From Botryllus schlosseri (Eukaryota): a DNA stretch of 64,000 nt. Numbering within the stretch: position 1 is the stretch's first letter; the number at the start of each line of letters is the position of its first letter. A model generated the notes under the pieces. That model had not been told where the DNA came from. It saw nothing but the letters and a program-made list of their open reading frames with translations, and searched no databases. Below, one piece after another: positions 50,801-64,000 of this stretch. Position numbers and translations under genes: made by a program. The stretch spans positions 21,454,001 to 21,518,000 of the forward strand of contig CM119371.1 of the NCBI GenBank assembly GCA_051294905.1, read 5' to 3'.

Positions 50801-53800
50801 TCTACCACTAGAAGTAGGAGCTTCTAAGGAAATAACGAAGTGTTTTTAGCAATGCTCATTTTGCAGCATCTCGAAATATATATTATTCGCGAGTCACTCC
50901 CGTCTGAAACGGCATACTACAATACCTTAACATTGATAAATGAGTTGGACATGTATGGTTCTACCCAGTGTACCGCGGCTTCAAATGGTGAAACAATGAT
51001 GACACAATGTTGAGGAGAGAGAAAGGGGTATTCGTTTTCGCCTGCATCATCTGAATTTGGGTTGTCAAACTCGACCTGTGTAACTGACCGGATTCAGACC
51101 ATCAAATAACTGGCGGACCGCACCAATCTAATGAAAAATATATAACCTCAAAATATATTCCCTTATTTGCCATTTGATTACTTCGTGATCAAGCTTACAC
51201 ATACGATAGTATATCACATTATATTGATGAAGATATGCCTGTTCCGGCCGGGGATCGAACACACAACCTAACGATCAAGAAGTCGGACGGTTAACCATTA
51301 CATTATCTTGCTCGGCCAATGAGCCTTCTTCACGCTTATTACAGAAGAGGATGGGAGAGATGATCCCTATATATGAGGAGAAAGTCACGACAGTGATCTC
51401 AAGCTATCTGGATAAGATTTGTCCTGCATTATTATTGGGATATACTCAACTTCGGTCCTTGGTGGATCAATCGAAGCGTGAAATTGTATCGATGCGGAAA
51501 AGAATTCAGGTATTCATCACTGCAGACGATTCACGGTATTGATGAATTCTATGGATAAACCTCCAGTCGATGTCAGATGATATTATCATTTTCTATACAA
51601 ATCCCGGATAAATGAATGTCTTACAGTATTTTTTTTCTATTGACCCTCAAAATTGAAATGCTTATTTATCCGCGTTGGCGAAGATATAACCTACGCGCAG
51701 TGTGACTATTAGGGTTGTTTAAAATTGGGAAATTGTTTGGAATACTGCGTATCCATGGCTTACTCTGTAGATTATTGTTAAAAACAATGATGGGCCTGAA
51801 AGAAGCTCTCAGGAAAGTCGATACGGTTTGTCTAATTGCGTTTTAAAATCATTTTAGTAGCTTGAAGGTATCAACTCTCATTGCTGCTCGTTCTCTAAGA
51901 CACATAGGAATAGTCAGAGTCTTGAATTTAATTTCTGTTTTCTGTCAAGACTGCTCAAGCTCTTCTTAAAGTGGCCATACCATGTGATCACGCCATCTTT
52001 CCTGCAAGTTTTGAAGTGATCGCACCACATGTGATTTCTGCATTGTCGCAATTCTCGCCATTTTTCATACTCATATCATCAACCACCACGTTACATAGTT
52101 CACGAGTAGGGCTTGGCTGAGGACAATGATCTTTCACATGCAGAAACAAACTTATTACTTCTCGTAAGGTAATCTCGAGGCACAGATGTAATCGCGAGTA
52201 TATCCGACCAAGTATTGCTCAGATTTAGAGCTTGTTCTTCGCTGCGGCATGTGTACAATCTTTCGCAGTTGCGCCACTGCGCCACTGCCATGACTCCAAT
52301 ATTGCTGCTCCAAATCAGGAATTACTGCTATCGACTCTAAAGCATTCAAAGAAAACGTGTTACAGTACTACTAATGACTCATTAACCCACAACGCGTTTG
52401 TACAAAACCACTTACCACGGCCTCTACTAACAGACTCAACCTCCGTAAACCAGACTTCAATTTCGTAGAGCGAAGGACCCGAATCCGAGTCAGCTGTTGC
52501 AGTAATCATTTAAGATTAGCCGATTGCCCAATCAAGAACCGAGCTTTCTTGATTGCCGTCCGTTTCGCAACTCTGCTGTCGGTGGCCCGCCCACTCTTCA
52601 ACAATGACTTTCAGACGTATCTCCACAAATCTTACCGAATTTCCTGCGAGCTTCTTTCAGGCCCTTTATTGTTTTTGAACACTAATCAATAGAAAAAGCC
52701 ACGGATACGCAGTATTCCTAACAATTTCCAAAATTTGAACCACCCTAATCACTAGGGCGATTTTTTTTTTTGACATGTAAAAAAAAGTCAAAATTAGGCC
52801 AAAATTTTAGCGTTAGGTAAGAATTTGTTAAAATTGTTTACAAAATCAAACATTTTTTGACCTCTACATTTCGTTTGTATCGTAGATTTTGCGCTGTCTG
52901 TGAACTTATCATTTGATAATTTACAGCTTGTAGCCTACTCTATAGGCCTACCGTTGTAAACGGCCCATCGTCTGCTCATTGTGAATCATAAATGGTCAAA
53001 TGAAACAAATAGTTACTTGGTTTTATGATCAACGTACCGCAATATCCTAACTGAAGCAAGACTGCTTGGGCATTGCATGGTTCTTACATCAAGAATCGCA
53101 AGCTGAAAATTTGTGATATAGTCAACATTGTCAGAATGAAGTAACATGGTGCATCACCAGCAAGCAGTTTGCACACAACTTCAGTGTTGTCAGCTAGCAA
53201 CTGCTGCTGTTGAACGTTCTTTCTCCATTATTGACAAGCTACTTCGTAAGAACACACACTTTCTACCCGAGATAGCGCAGTGGTATAATCCGCGGCACAT
53301 CATCCGCGTAAGCGGTGTCTTACAAAAAAGCCTAGAGGTGGGCCGTGCTATATGTTGCCAATACGGAAAATAATGAAGAATATCGGCCTTTTGTAAACGA
53401 CCATAGCATAGTTGACAAACACCATGAATACCACAAAACAAACACTTTCTACCCAAGAATGTAGGAAAGTATTTTTCGTTGTACTACAACAAATTTTAAT
53501 TATTCCACTATAATACGTAATGTAACTACTGCAATTCTTCATAGGGCCAGATTTCGTTAAAATACTAGTTTTTTTCATGTAAAAATTTGTCAGTTTATGA
53601 GCCAAAAGTGTTCCTTTAGGCCTATAAACTTTGTAAGGACAGACAGTTCCAACCAGAAATGAAGGTAAGTAGTACAATTTTAACGTTACGTGTGAAAACA
53701 CCTAATTTGCATACGTGAGGTCAGAATTTGGTCAAATTTCAGTTTTTTTAGTTCAAAAAAGTCAAAATTTAGATTATTTAAGTCAAAATCTTCCGTTTTT

Positions 53801-56800
53801 TAGCTAAAAAAATCGCCGTACTAATCACATACGCAATCCAAACCAAGCTCACCTCCGTTATTTCACTGTCTAATCCCTTCATGTAGGCAATCCAGTGAAA
53901 TCTACAAATTGAATGTATAGCATAGAATTTCAAAAGTCTCCGCATTTACTAACATACCGACCTTTTACAGGAAGACATCGAAAATAAACTCTCTATATTC
54001 ATGAGGCTTGTTGTGTCGAATGTTGAGGAAGAATTCAAAAAGGTAACAATATTATAAATGTTCCTGAATTAATTAGCTTTCGTGTATTGAACTCCAATAG
54101 CCCTATTTCGTTTCTGTCGGTGTCATTAACATAAACGAATCTCAAATAACCAAGATCACTGTATCAGCTCTGAGTGGATCGACGGGGCCAGCAATTCGGT
54201 GATCAAGTCAGATCCCTAGATTAAAAATGTCTCGGTCATAAAACTAAAATCTTGTGATCCACCCATGAAGGAAGATAACAACAATGAAGGGTGCCTTTCA
54301 GCTGATTAGAAAACCTGGTTTCAACATTGCAATCCATGCCATTAGAATAATTAAAAAATGCAGCAATAGTAATTCTTGTCAATAAAATGGGTAAGAAAGA
54401 GATGGCGAAAAAGTGCGTTGGAGAAGTGCGTCGACTAAATTGTCTTGGACTTTTCGGTCCTCATAGTTCTGTAAGGTAGTCATGATGGTCTAGTCTGGCA
54501 TTCATTGTATACTGATATACGACAGTACGTAATCAGAACTTGATATAATAGGCCTATACTGTAAAAAATACCATCGATTTACCGCGAAATGTCTGTAAGC
54601 AAGGTGCCCAGACACTTGGCAGAAATATATATATTTAATGTAAATTGCACTCAATGTTAATATAAGTTACACCCAACCGGTAATCTCGCTATACACGCCA
54701 GACTGTGATGTTACAGTCCGATCCACAATATCCAATTTACATGTTTTCCTGTACATTCACGACCGAAACTGTAATTTACCGCCTGCTTGCCCACATGCTG
54801 TTCGTGTAAATCAGGATTACATTCCAACTTGTAAATTCACGTACATCCATACCTATCGAAAGCAGAGCGATGCTAAAACATCGCAAAAGTTTCTTCACAC
54901 TCCCAAACGACATTGGAACAAACTGTATATTCATTCCCGATTCACGCTGACATGACATTATTTTGACTAAGACGAACAGGCTAACAACAATATAACAAGT
55001 TTTGAGGTTTTAGCGATGACGGTTCCTGATTTTATATGATATAACAGAGATTCATGGCGTACTTTATTTAATGTATTGAAGCAGACGGTTCCTCATTTGA
55101 GGGGTCATGTGTGCCAAGCATATACACCAGTGGATGAAAACAGATATAAGCGAGGGCCCGATAAATGTCAATAACGAGCCCACAATTTCAACTTACGCCG
55201 CGGCGGAGTAGCCTATGTGGTGTGTCAGGTCACTATACAAGTCGATTAACATCCCAAAATAGAACAGAGAATGCGGCGAATGAAATAATTCAATCAGGAA
55301 ATCGAATTCATTCGCTTGGTGTGCACATCAAAGGTCGTCAGTAACCATGCAAGTAGGTCTACTTTATTGCAGTTCTCAGGTAGTTTTCCGCTATTTTGGT
55401 ACTTACTCAAGTAGATCTAATTTCCCGCTACTTCTACTTCATAATATTTTGTTATATACCTACTTACTTTTCCCTATTTTTAGTTGGTCAAGTAGAAGTA
55501 GTTTAATCCTTTAATCAGAAAGATAACCTGAGGAATTTCGTGGCTGTTATCACAGAGTATCAGCATTTAATTTTCATAAAATTGGAGTAAAGTCCAGGAT
55601 TTTTGTCGCACTTCGCGCACAGTAGACTAATATGATTTCACAAACGTATACGTGATTATAATTTAGGCAGCGGGTTTAGTGGTTGCCTTCATGCCGCATT
55701 GTCGCCAATATAAATTATGTCATCGCAGTAAATATGGCCTATCATAGCGTTTGAAACTACCATTTCGCAATATAGCATTTACCAATCATATTATAATCTA
55801 GCAGCCCATGGCGTGTCCTAGTATGGAAAGTGAACTCTGACTTTTTTTTTAACTTTACTCCTGTTTTAGCAGATCAATGTTGAAACTTTGTAGACAAAAG
55901 ACATGAAATATATTTTCCGTTATTTTGAAGTAGTAATTAGTTTCAGTTCTTTTGCCTGGAGAACATATATGTTGAAGTATAAAAACATGTCTAGTTATAC
56001 CTCTAGTTTTCGAAAATAAAGCTACACAATATATGTCATTTTGCGATCAGCCATATTTATATATTAACGCTTACTAATCGCGCAAAGTGTTAGCACCGTA
56101 TCCGACACCACTTCTCCGTGTTGTATTTCGACTAAACTACAGGCCTTATAATATGGGGGAGGGCGCCATACCATGATATTATTTAAATTGGGGTTTACGA
56201 GTAAACAGAGGTTTAGTATCGTGTTCCGATATCAATGCTATCATTTTCATCCCATGATGTGGACGAGTGCTTATGTGGTCGAAATTGAAGATACTCGTTG
56301 GGGTGCAGAACTATAGGCCTACATTTTACTAATATATTCATGACCAAAAATATATTAAAACCCGAAGCATTTCGAACTGACACTCTTCAGGGCAATCGTC
56401 AGCGAATGGAGAATTTCAAAAACATTGCATTACATTGACGCCATAGAAACAAACAACATGAAATAAAAGCAAACAGACAGATGGAAATGAGTGCGACCTC
56501 TACCTAATACAGAGAATCTTTGGTCACGATAGTTTTTAGCGCAAGTTGCATCCTCAGGCAAATGCTTGCCGATTGCAAAGTTCATAACCATGGCCTGATT
56601 GCGTTCTAGTAATCGTAGATCAGTTACGGCTATATTTTCGCGAGAGTCTAATGTGAGCGATCTAACAGTGCTCGGAACATGTTGTTTCATGCTTTCTGCA
56701 AACGCTGAGCTGTTCTTCCCACGTACAAGTGGCACTTGAAATCATAGACTATATTGCTTTGTTGAGATGCAATAAGAACATCTTTTCGCTTTGCAGGAAG

Positions 56801-59800
56801 AAATTGTTTGGTGGTAAACACAACAATAGTTTTACCTCCTGGGATGCATCAATATGAATCAGCTCTGCACCTTTTGCATAGCTCAATTTGCAGCTTTGGA
56901 CAGCGACCGCATTACGATCATTTTCGCCACTACTTACTTACTTGAGTAGATTTGAAGTAAATTAATTCTACTTCTACTTGCCCTTGAGTATTTTTTTGCA
57001 TCTCTACTTCTACTTCTACTTGAGTAGCTTTTTTGACTACTTTGACCCACTCTGGTGCACACTGCACAGTCGTAGATATTCACGGTAACTAATACTATGC
57101 AGTACTGTACCTTTTGTTGTAATCTTTCAATATTTCCGTTTATGCTGTATAAGGCTTCAGCCTGCATCTTTGTTTCATCAATCAGTATGCCGACGAGTAA
57201 TAAACATGTAGGCCTACTCTGCAGTCTGTAGCTAAGCATACTACAGTTGCAGCTCTACATGGTGGCAGCGTTTGGATTCGAACCCGCGCTGTCGAATTGA
57301 CTGCAGCTAGTATTACATCTTTTACGATGGGTATCTCATTCATCATTCCTAAGAATCGTCAAGGAAAGTATCCACTTTCCTAATCCACGCATCGCATCAC
57401 CCTCAAAGCTCAATAATGACCAGGAGGCACGCAGACGACTTTGAAATAAGTGATATTCATCCGCTCATATATGTCACCAATAACATTCAGGCTACTAACA
57501 ACGTTTTCGTATAGATCCGGCCCGCCAAGCAAAATCGTCCGGCCCGCGACCAAGTAATTAGTTACCACAAGAATACGGCCCGCCGTTTCGTAATGAGTTC
57601 CAATCTGCAGTCCAGCACTGCTTGGAAAGAATGCGGCATTGCTACGATATAAGTATCTTACGTCGTATTAGTCTATTGTTACGCCATAAAACCAGTGCTT
57701 ATCAAGCGGGTGTATCGCGCAGCCAAAGGTATACCATATAGTCCATTTATTTTCCATCTAATTTCGTATATATTGATATTTATTCCATATGTGGTTCACG
57801 AAAACGCTGCTTGTGATGTCACAGTTGTGCCTTGCTTGTTTACAACAAATCAAAGATAAAACCGCAACGCGTAACCTAAGGTATCCTATTACAGGTCACC
57901 GTGTCCGCCATTACCAAATAGTCAACTGAGCAGGCGGTGCTGATATTTCTAGTTTCCCGAACAAGATTATACATCGTAAACTGATATTTTAACTTATCAG
58001 CCCTATCCGCGACGACAAATCTAACCAGTGACACCGACCGTATAGCCATAGTCTTATAATATAATATTGTGGCTATGGTGCAACCACATTAGCTACGATT
58101 GTCAGTTGCTTCTTGTACCCTACAATGTACTATGGGTCAACCAGTATGACCAATTCCTGTCTCGCGAACAAGATTGAATCTGGTCAAATCACAACGATAA
58201 TGATATCATAGTGACGTTCCGAACCGCGTGCGGACTGGTTGCCGGGGTATGGAGGCTAATCAATTCAGCCAATAGCCTGTAAAACTGCAGTAACGAGTAA
58301 CTGTAGGTAATTTTGTGAGTAAATTCTGGTAACCTGACTTTACAGCTAAAGACATATCAAATGTAAAATTACAAGCTACACATAGTTATTGGATGCGACC
58401 GGTAATTCGTTGTAAAATTGGCAGAGATTTTTTTCATAAATCTACTAGATTTTTGCAGTGCATGCTCTATTGCAGAGTTCTGAAACTCAAATGTGCTCGC
58501 GGGTCAATTTGAGAGATTTTGATAACACAGCGGGCAGCAGCACCAATAATAGGGATATTCAATGTATACTTTCCTAGTAGGCCTAACCTTGCAGACAGGT
58601 ATTCCACAAACATCGTGAAAATGTATTTCACTATTGTATTATTCATGCTCGACACGGAAAACATCATATTTTGTAATATTTGAACAAAATTGTTTCTGTC
58701 CCGGACATAATTTGTTAAAATAATGAGTTATAGAAATCATGCGAGAGGATGCATCATGACATCGTAAAACTTTCGGGTTATAATATTGCAGCTAGTTCTA
58801 GTTTTAATGAAGTCGCGAGAAGTATGCCATTGCTATATTTACTGGCATTACCAAAGTCAAGTTATATCAGCTTTAGATTTTGCCTGGAACATATCAATAA
58901 CAACTTAAATACAATCATTATTGAGGCATGTTAATAGCATTGCTTATTAACATTTTTGGCGATCGCAGCCCTTGTGCTTCCAATAAGATTTCCCTGGATA
59001 AGAATCCCTGGATTAGAAATATCCAATCGCCGATAAATTCATTGGTGTTACAGCTGTAGAGCGTACTACTACCGAACTCGCCACCGATAATAGCATGGAT
59101 AAAGAGAACAAACAGCATCCAGCATGTAACCAAGTCTACGTAACGGGGATCAGATAATGCCGATGGTTGCCATACTGGCAAGATTAGACAGCTATATATC
59201 GTACACAACGCAAGCTACGATCTTTTGATATATTAGTATTCCCCATAACATTTTCATAGATCGTTGCGTCCGTAGGATTACCAAGTCCCCGTACCGAGTC
59301 GCAAGTCTTTCTCTGATTTTAACGTTTGACCCGACCTAACTCGAGTCATTTTTATTTAATCGCCCCGCCAATCCCAAATCGAGTAATTTTACGAAAGGTC
59401 GCATCAAACCAAATCACAATTTTCAGTCACGAATGATCAACGGGTAATGCTTTATCATCATAAACCAAAAACGTGACGTAATAGCTGATTTTATACGGTA
59501 TGTTAGCTTTTAGAAGTGATGTGATAGTATAGTTTGCTAAGATTTCAGTGATTTTTATAGTAGATTTAGGGTGAACTTCAAGTTCGTATATCTAAAAAAG
59601 ATATGTGGCATAATAATATATTGTCGAATACTTGAAATTTCAGAATGCCGTCGCGGGCCGCACAAAATGTTCTAGTGGGCCGCGTGTTTGAGAGCTCTGC
59701 TCTATTGCCTGCTAGTAGCTAACTCGCGACGATTGATGCTTATTTATTGTAACGTAATTAAAAAGTTAGGAACATACATTAAGATATTTCATGAATGTCT

Positions 59801-62800
59801 AAGAATCTTCCAATGAAGACATCATCGTTATATTCACTGTTATTTACCAAAATATATACCTGCTACACATCGTTCCTCTGCTGATACCACGGCTTTGCAC
59901 TAAGAAACGCTTCACCATGCTACTCCGGCGGATATAAAATTACATATCAACTAATATCTGACAGAATCTGACGTATTAGAGTTGGCGCGATGTGATTTGA
60001 ACCTTTTGCAAGATTCCAATTTCATCAATAAAATATGTCAAGCAAAAACGTCAACAACCATTAATCTAATACAAGGGTCGGCAACCTACGGCCCGCGGGC
60101 CGGATCCGGCCCGCCAAGCAAAATCGTCCGGCCCGCGACCAAGTAATTAGTTACCACAAGAATACGGCCCGCCGTTTCGTAATGAGTTCCAATCTGCAGT
60201 CCAGCACTGCTTGGAAAGAACGCGGCATTGCTACGATATAAGTATCTTACGTCGTATTAGTCTATTGTTACGCCATAAAACCAGTGCTTATCAAGCGGGT
60301 GTATCGCGCAGCCAAAGGTATACCATACTTTTTAAGGGTTTGCCACTCTGCCATTTATCTGCTTCAAAAACGCTTGGAACATCTCAGACGCAATGACTAA
60401 ATCTCTAACTTTCCGTTTCATTATAGATAACTAGCCTCCGTATAGGTTAGTCATTTGCAGTTTAATTCACCAGAAGACATTGTACGCCAAGACAACAAAC
60501 CTGCATAATGTTTTGGACACAGTAGCGAAAGCTGATTTTGGTCTCACAAACTTAATCACCGACAGATAGCCTATTCCATATATTACTAGAAGCAGAAAAT
60601 CAATATGGCGATGTCCTGCATATCTGCCATGTTCGCGCATTAATTCGAGCAGCTATGCTTGCACGAGTGTATGAACTGAGAAACGAAATAGCAACTTTCC
60701 TTGAAAATACAAACATCGCCGACTCATAATCTTGTTATCGAAATGGGTATCCAATCTTGCTTTCGTAGTACATTAAACGTCACATCTAAACAAATTGAAT
60801 TTGCAACTTCATGGGGAAATAACTGAGTACATGAGATGTTGAGGCGCATTAGAAAAAAAACTGCGACTCTGGGAATTACACCAGTAAAAAGAAAATTATG
60901 CTCACTTTCCTATACTGAAGGAGAGTAAACCTAGTACCAGCTCTATACATTTGTAACTGTGATAGGAAATTTAATGACTGAATCTCCACCCGCTTTTCCG
61001 ACATTAGTTCTGTACAAAATAAATTCTGACTATTACTCAGTAATCCGTTTAATGTGAACGCCAATAGCATTGCCTGAAAATTTCAAATGGGCATTTTTGA
61101 AATGCGATGCAGTTAAATTGAATGACAAATTTCATACCAAGAGCATATCGCTGCACGACTTTGACAAAGAGTCCGTTATTGAAATGGGTCTTTATCCCAG
61201 CTTGACCAACAATGCAAAAGAAATGGCATCGACTTTTGGTAGCGCGTACGCATGTGAACAATAGTTTTTAACAATGGAATTCACGAAGAGCAAGCTAAGA
61301 TCACGTATTCCAACGCCTATTTAGAATATCGTCTGATTCTTGCTTCATCTGACTTGTTGCCAGAAGTTGAAAACCTTTCACAAAGCGAGCTGCGTCACAT
61401 TTATCCTGCGTTGTTGAAGTGTAGTGAAGTGTGTTTTGGCCTTTTTGTGATTTGTATGATTGAGATTGCAGCAATGTAGGGCACTATACCGACGTTAGCG
61501 TTAAATATGATGTTAAGAAAAATTCCGGCCCGCCAAGAAGATGTGCACTCGGAATTTGGCCCGTGACTAGCAAAAGGTTGCCGACCCCTGATCCAATATG
61601 TGCCGCCAGGAAACCACTTATGCTGCATACTGAAATTTGCGTTTGCATTTTCCGTTCCCACATCGTCTGTGATATATTCGTATAGTATATGGTTGGTGTA
61701 AAATCGCACCACACTCTACCACAATGAAAGCATTTTTCTGTTAGTGTTATGTTAAGAATAACTAGGGTTGCATTTAAAACAAAAATCAATTTAAACCAAA
61801 CATGTTTAAAACATACCCCATTTTCAAAACATGTTTTTGTTGTTATTATTTCCTTTTTCTTTGGGGCCATGACGTCATTAATCTTCAATTGTGACCTAAC
61901 ATTCGACCGTCATTGACAGTTGAAAATATTGGGTTAATATGGCTAACGACAACTGCCATAAATGGACCAAAAATATTTTTACCCAGGACTGCATCGTTAT
62001 GTAGCATTTTTGGGGTTGATGGTCTTCCCCATCAGATCACCCGTTCCGTACCAATGATTTACATCAGGGTTGACCAACCTATACGGCCGCGGAGTAATGC
62101 TTGTGTGACCGTCGTCACATAATTGGATTAGCTGGTCTTGGCAACCGTAAACATGCAATTTGAAATACCAAATTGGATCCCGATTTTTGAAGGATATTAA
62201 TTCAACTTCAATTTTTTTTTCGCAGTTCACGCGATTCCGGGTGCTAATTATTTTTTGTTATGAATAGATTAATGTCCTTCTCATCTGTGCCATATCGTAT
62301 AAATGTGAACCGCAGATGAAAAGGATGCGGCACATAAAGAGATAATATTTTGGAACCGTGTGCGTCTCACGAATGAATGTTTTTCTATTGCATTTGGTCA
62401 AATCCGCTATATATTTTGACCATCGAAGTTTTAGGTCACGAAACAACCACATGCAACAAAGTGATTAATAAAACCGGATGATACATCATAATTAATTTTG
62501 TGATGACAATTTTCGATGACTCCCCATCCATAACCTCTACCTGTAACTCTGATCACGTGTGCTGAGAATGGATAAATAGGATTGAAATATGAGCAACTGC
62601 CGATATCATCGACGAAAGACGCATTTTGCGCGCCGTGCGAATCGACAACGAGTGCCATTACCTTTGCATACCATCATGACTCGCGATTTTTGTGTGAAAA
62701 GTGAGCTTAACAGGGCGTTCTACTTCTACACTTGGAAACATTTATGCGCAAGATATTTAACGAGAAAAGAGTGTGGGCACGGAACCCCACAAGGACTGTC

Positions 62801-63780
62801 AGCGTTGCGAAGTCCCCCGGTATAGCCAACTTATCGTGCATATTGAGGTACACCCCCGTCTAGATGTGCCATCACGACTGTCAGCTGCAATGTGGCCTTA
62901 GGTAATCTAAATGCGGACGTGAGTAGCTAAAATGTTGCACACTGGCGTGTTTTCTATGGTTCCATCTATACCACCGTATCCGTCGACTCTATTGGGTGCA
63001 AATCGTCTGTAGGCTCACACTAGATGATTTTTCCGCAAGTGTTTTCGTGACTATGGGATAATTAGACAACGTTTGAATAAAAAACATTTTTTAAAGGCGT
63101 AAAAGTGTTTTAAAACACCGTTTGTCTTAAATGCAGCTGTAGCAATAATCTATGCTGCTACTCATAAGTGATATGAATCAAATGTTGAAAAATATATACG
63201 TTCACGTTGTACGGTGTTCTCATCATCTCTCTCTCTCTCTCTCTCTCTCTACAATTCATCATTAGCAACGAGGGTAATATAGATGTATTACATTCAGCAC
63301 GTTATATAGACTACATCTATTTGTAGAGCTTCTTGTAGTCACAGAACTTTATTAATTGTTCGATATGAATATACTACGTTTATGTCGTCAGGTATCAATG
63401 ATGAATGTGCGCCAGTTTATTTGAACCGTCACTGAAAAGAGTTTATGCAATCTAATTACACATTTTATACTAAGGTTATGGCTGCCACGCATTACGATCC
63501 TAAAATACTCGAAGAAAAGTACAAGAAACGGCTGGACGAAGGATATGAAGAAATGCACAAAGAGGTCACTGATGGCCTTAAAATTATACGCGATATTAAA
63601 GACTCGGTGTATGTGAGAGCAAAAGTGGAAGAAAGTCTGAAAAGGGTCTTGAAACAGAATGAAGCAAGCAAAGGTGGCGTCATAGATGAAGCAGTAGAGA
63701 ATATCCCAATCCAAGAAACCAAAAATATTTTTAAAAGGTTTCAGAGTTATGTCAAGTCTGTTTTTAAAAAGAAACAGTAA
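44802..63780 (+). CDS. 3' exon cluster of a spliced helical/coiled-coil gene, probably the same gene as 1035-9457
   Basis: All-phase-0 exons 44802-44849, 44917-45150, 50043-50144, 51345-51509, 53971-54042 and 63475-63780 (stop TAA), with AG/GT sites and an open charged-helical frame. Confidence 0.65.
45976..46360. mobile_element. hAT MITE with TCCGG(A/C)T repeats
   Basis: TAGTGCGGAGTGGA / CCATGCTCCGCGCTA; TSD CTGCAAAC. Confidence 0.85.
47960..49948 (-). mobile_element. Diverged relative of the (TGACT)n hAT 20478-22095, inverted
   Basis: AGTCA arrays at both ends; internal similarity at 49540-49930. Confidence 0.65.
48260..49389. mobile_element. Nested Charlie/Buster-like hAT
   Basis: CAGGGGTGTCAAAC / GTTCGACACCCCTG; TSD TTCTACAG/TACTACAA (6/8). 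Confidence 0.8.
51237..51317 (-). mobile_element. Truncated SINE head related to 10920
   Basis: Reverse complement aligns to the tRNA-like head at 10920-10995. Confidence 0.65.
51710..52747. mobile_element. DNA transposon remnant with ~50-bp TIRs
   Basis: TAGGGTTGTTTAAAATT...GAATACTGCGTATCCATGGCTT is inverted at 52697-52747. Confidence 0.75.
52753..53820 (+). mobile_element. hAT deletion derivative retaining a transposase dimerisation motif
   Basis: TAGGGCGATTTTTTT / AAAAAAATCGCCGTA; TSD CTAATCAC; CQLATAAVERSFSIIDKLLRK at ~53185-53250. Confidence 0.85.
55370..57054. mobile_element. Degenerate DNA transposon with CTACTT subterminal repeats
   Basis: TACTT/AGTAG arrays at 55395-55505 and 56930-57045; ends CCCACTCTG. 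Confidence 0.5.
58473..59699 (+). mobile_element. Intact non-autonomous hAT; reference copy for 22380-43430
   Basis: CAGAGTTCTGAAAC / GTTTGAGAGCTCTG; TSD CTCTATTG. Confidence 0.9.
60072..61590 (+). mobile_element. Charlie/SPIN (Buster-group) hAT with decayed transposase
   Basis: CAAGGGTCGGCAACC / GGTTGCCGACCCCTG; TSD ATCTAATA/ATCCAATA. Confidence 0.9.
60455..61400 (+). pseudogene. hAT (GTF2IRD2/SPIN-like) transposase pseudogene
   Basis: DVLHICHVRALIRAAMLARVYELRNEIATFLE and YPSLTNNAKEMASTFGSAYACEQ*FLTMEFTKSKLRSR motifs, with stops and frameshifts. Confidence 0.85.
63226..63250. repeat. (CT)n microsatellite
   Basis: Direct reading. Confidence 0.95.
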
Positions 63781-64000
63781 TCGGATCGAACTATATTTAT
63801 TGTAAATTGCATTATTTCAACAGACAGCATACCTATTACTCAATTTGTAATCTAGGTAATCCCTTTGTAAGCAACCGTGTTGCTATTTGAAATGATGAGA
63901 CGCAGTTTAACAGTATCAGTCTCTGTAATTATATTGGGCATGCGTGTATGTTGTGCGTATGCTATAATGCGTCGAATTGGATTACAAACATGCTCTGATT

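Overview
Eukaryotic (invertebrate-animal-like), AT-rich and transposon-saturated DNA. A spliced + strand host gene encoding a helical, GBP/atlastin-stalk-like protein is scattered across the window (exons at 1035-9457 and 44802-63780). Its introns are full of nested non-autonomous hAT elements with 8-bp TSDs, foldback elements and tRNA-derived SINEs. The standout object is a 16,071-bp near-perfect palindrome at 27082-43152: two ~8.0-kb arms around a 33-bp loop that resembles CCCTAA repeats. It has (AGT)n termini and an exact 6-bp TSD (ACTGAC), both Polinton/Maverick hallmarks, but I found no polymerase, integrase or capsid gene in it. Each arm instead carries an intact stand-alone death-domain gene, an intact 7-exon RI/NLR-type LRR gene (~405 aa) and a broken IAP-type RING gene. 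I infer a non-autonomous 'snap-back' Polinton derivative carrying immune/apoptosis cargo. All calls were made by eye; no database searches were run.
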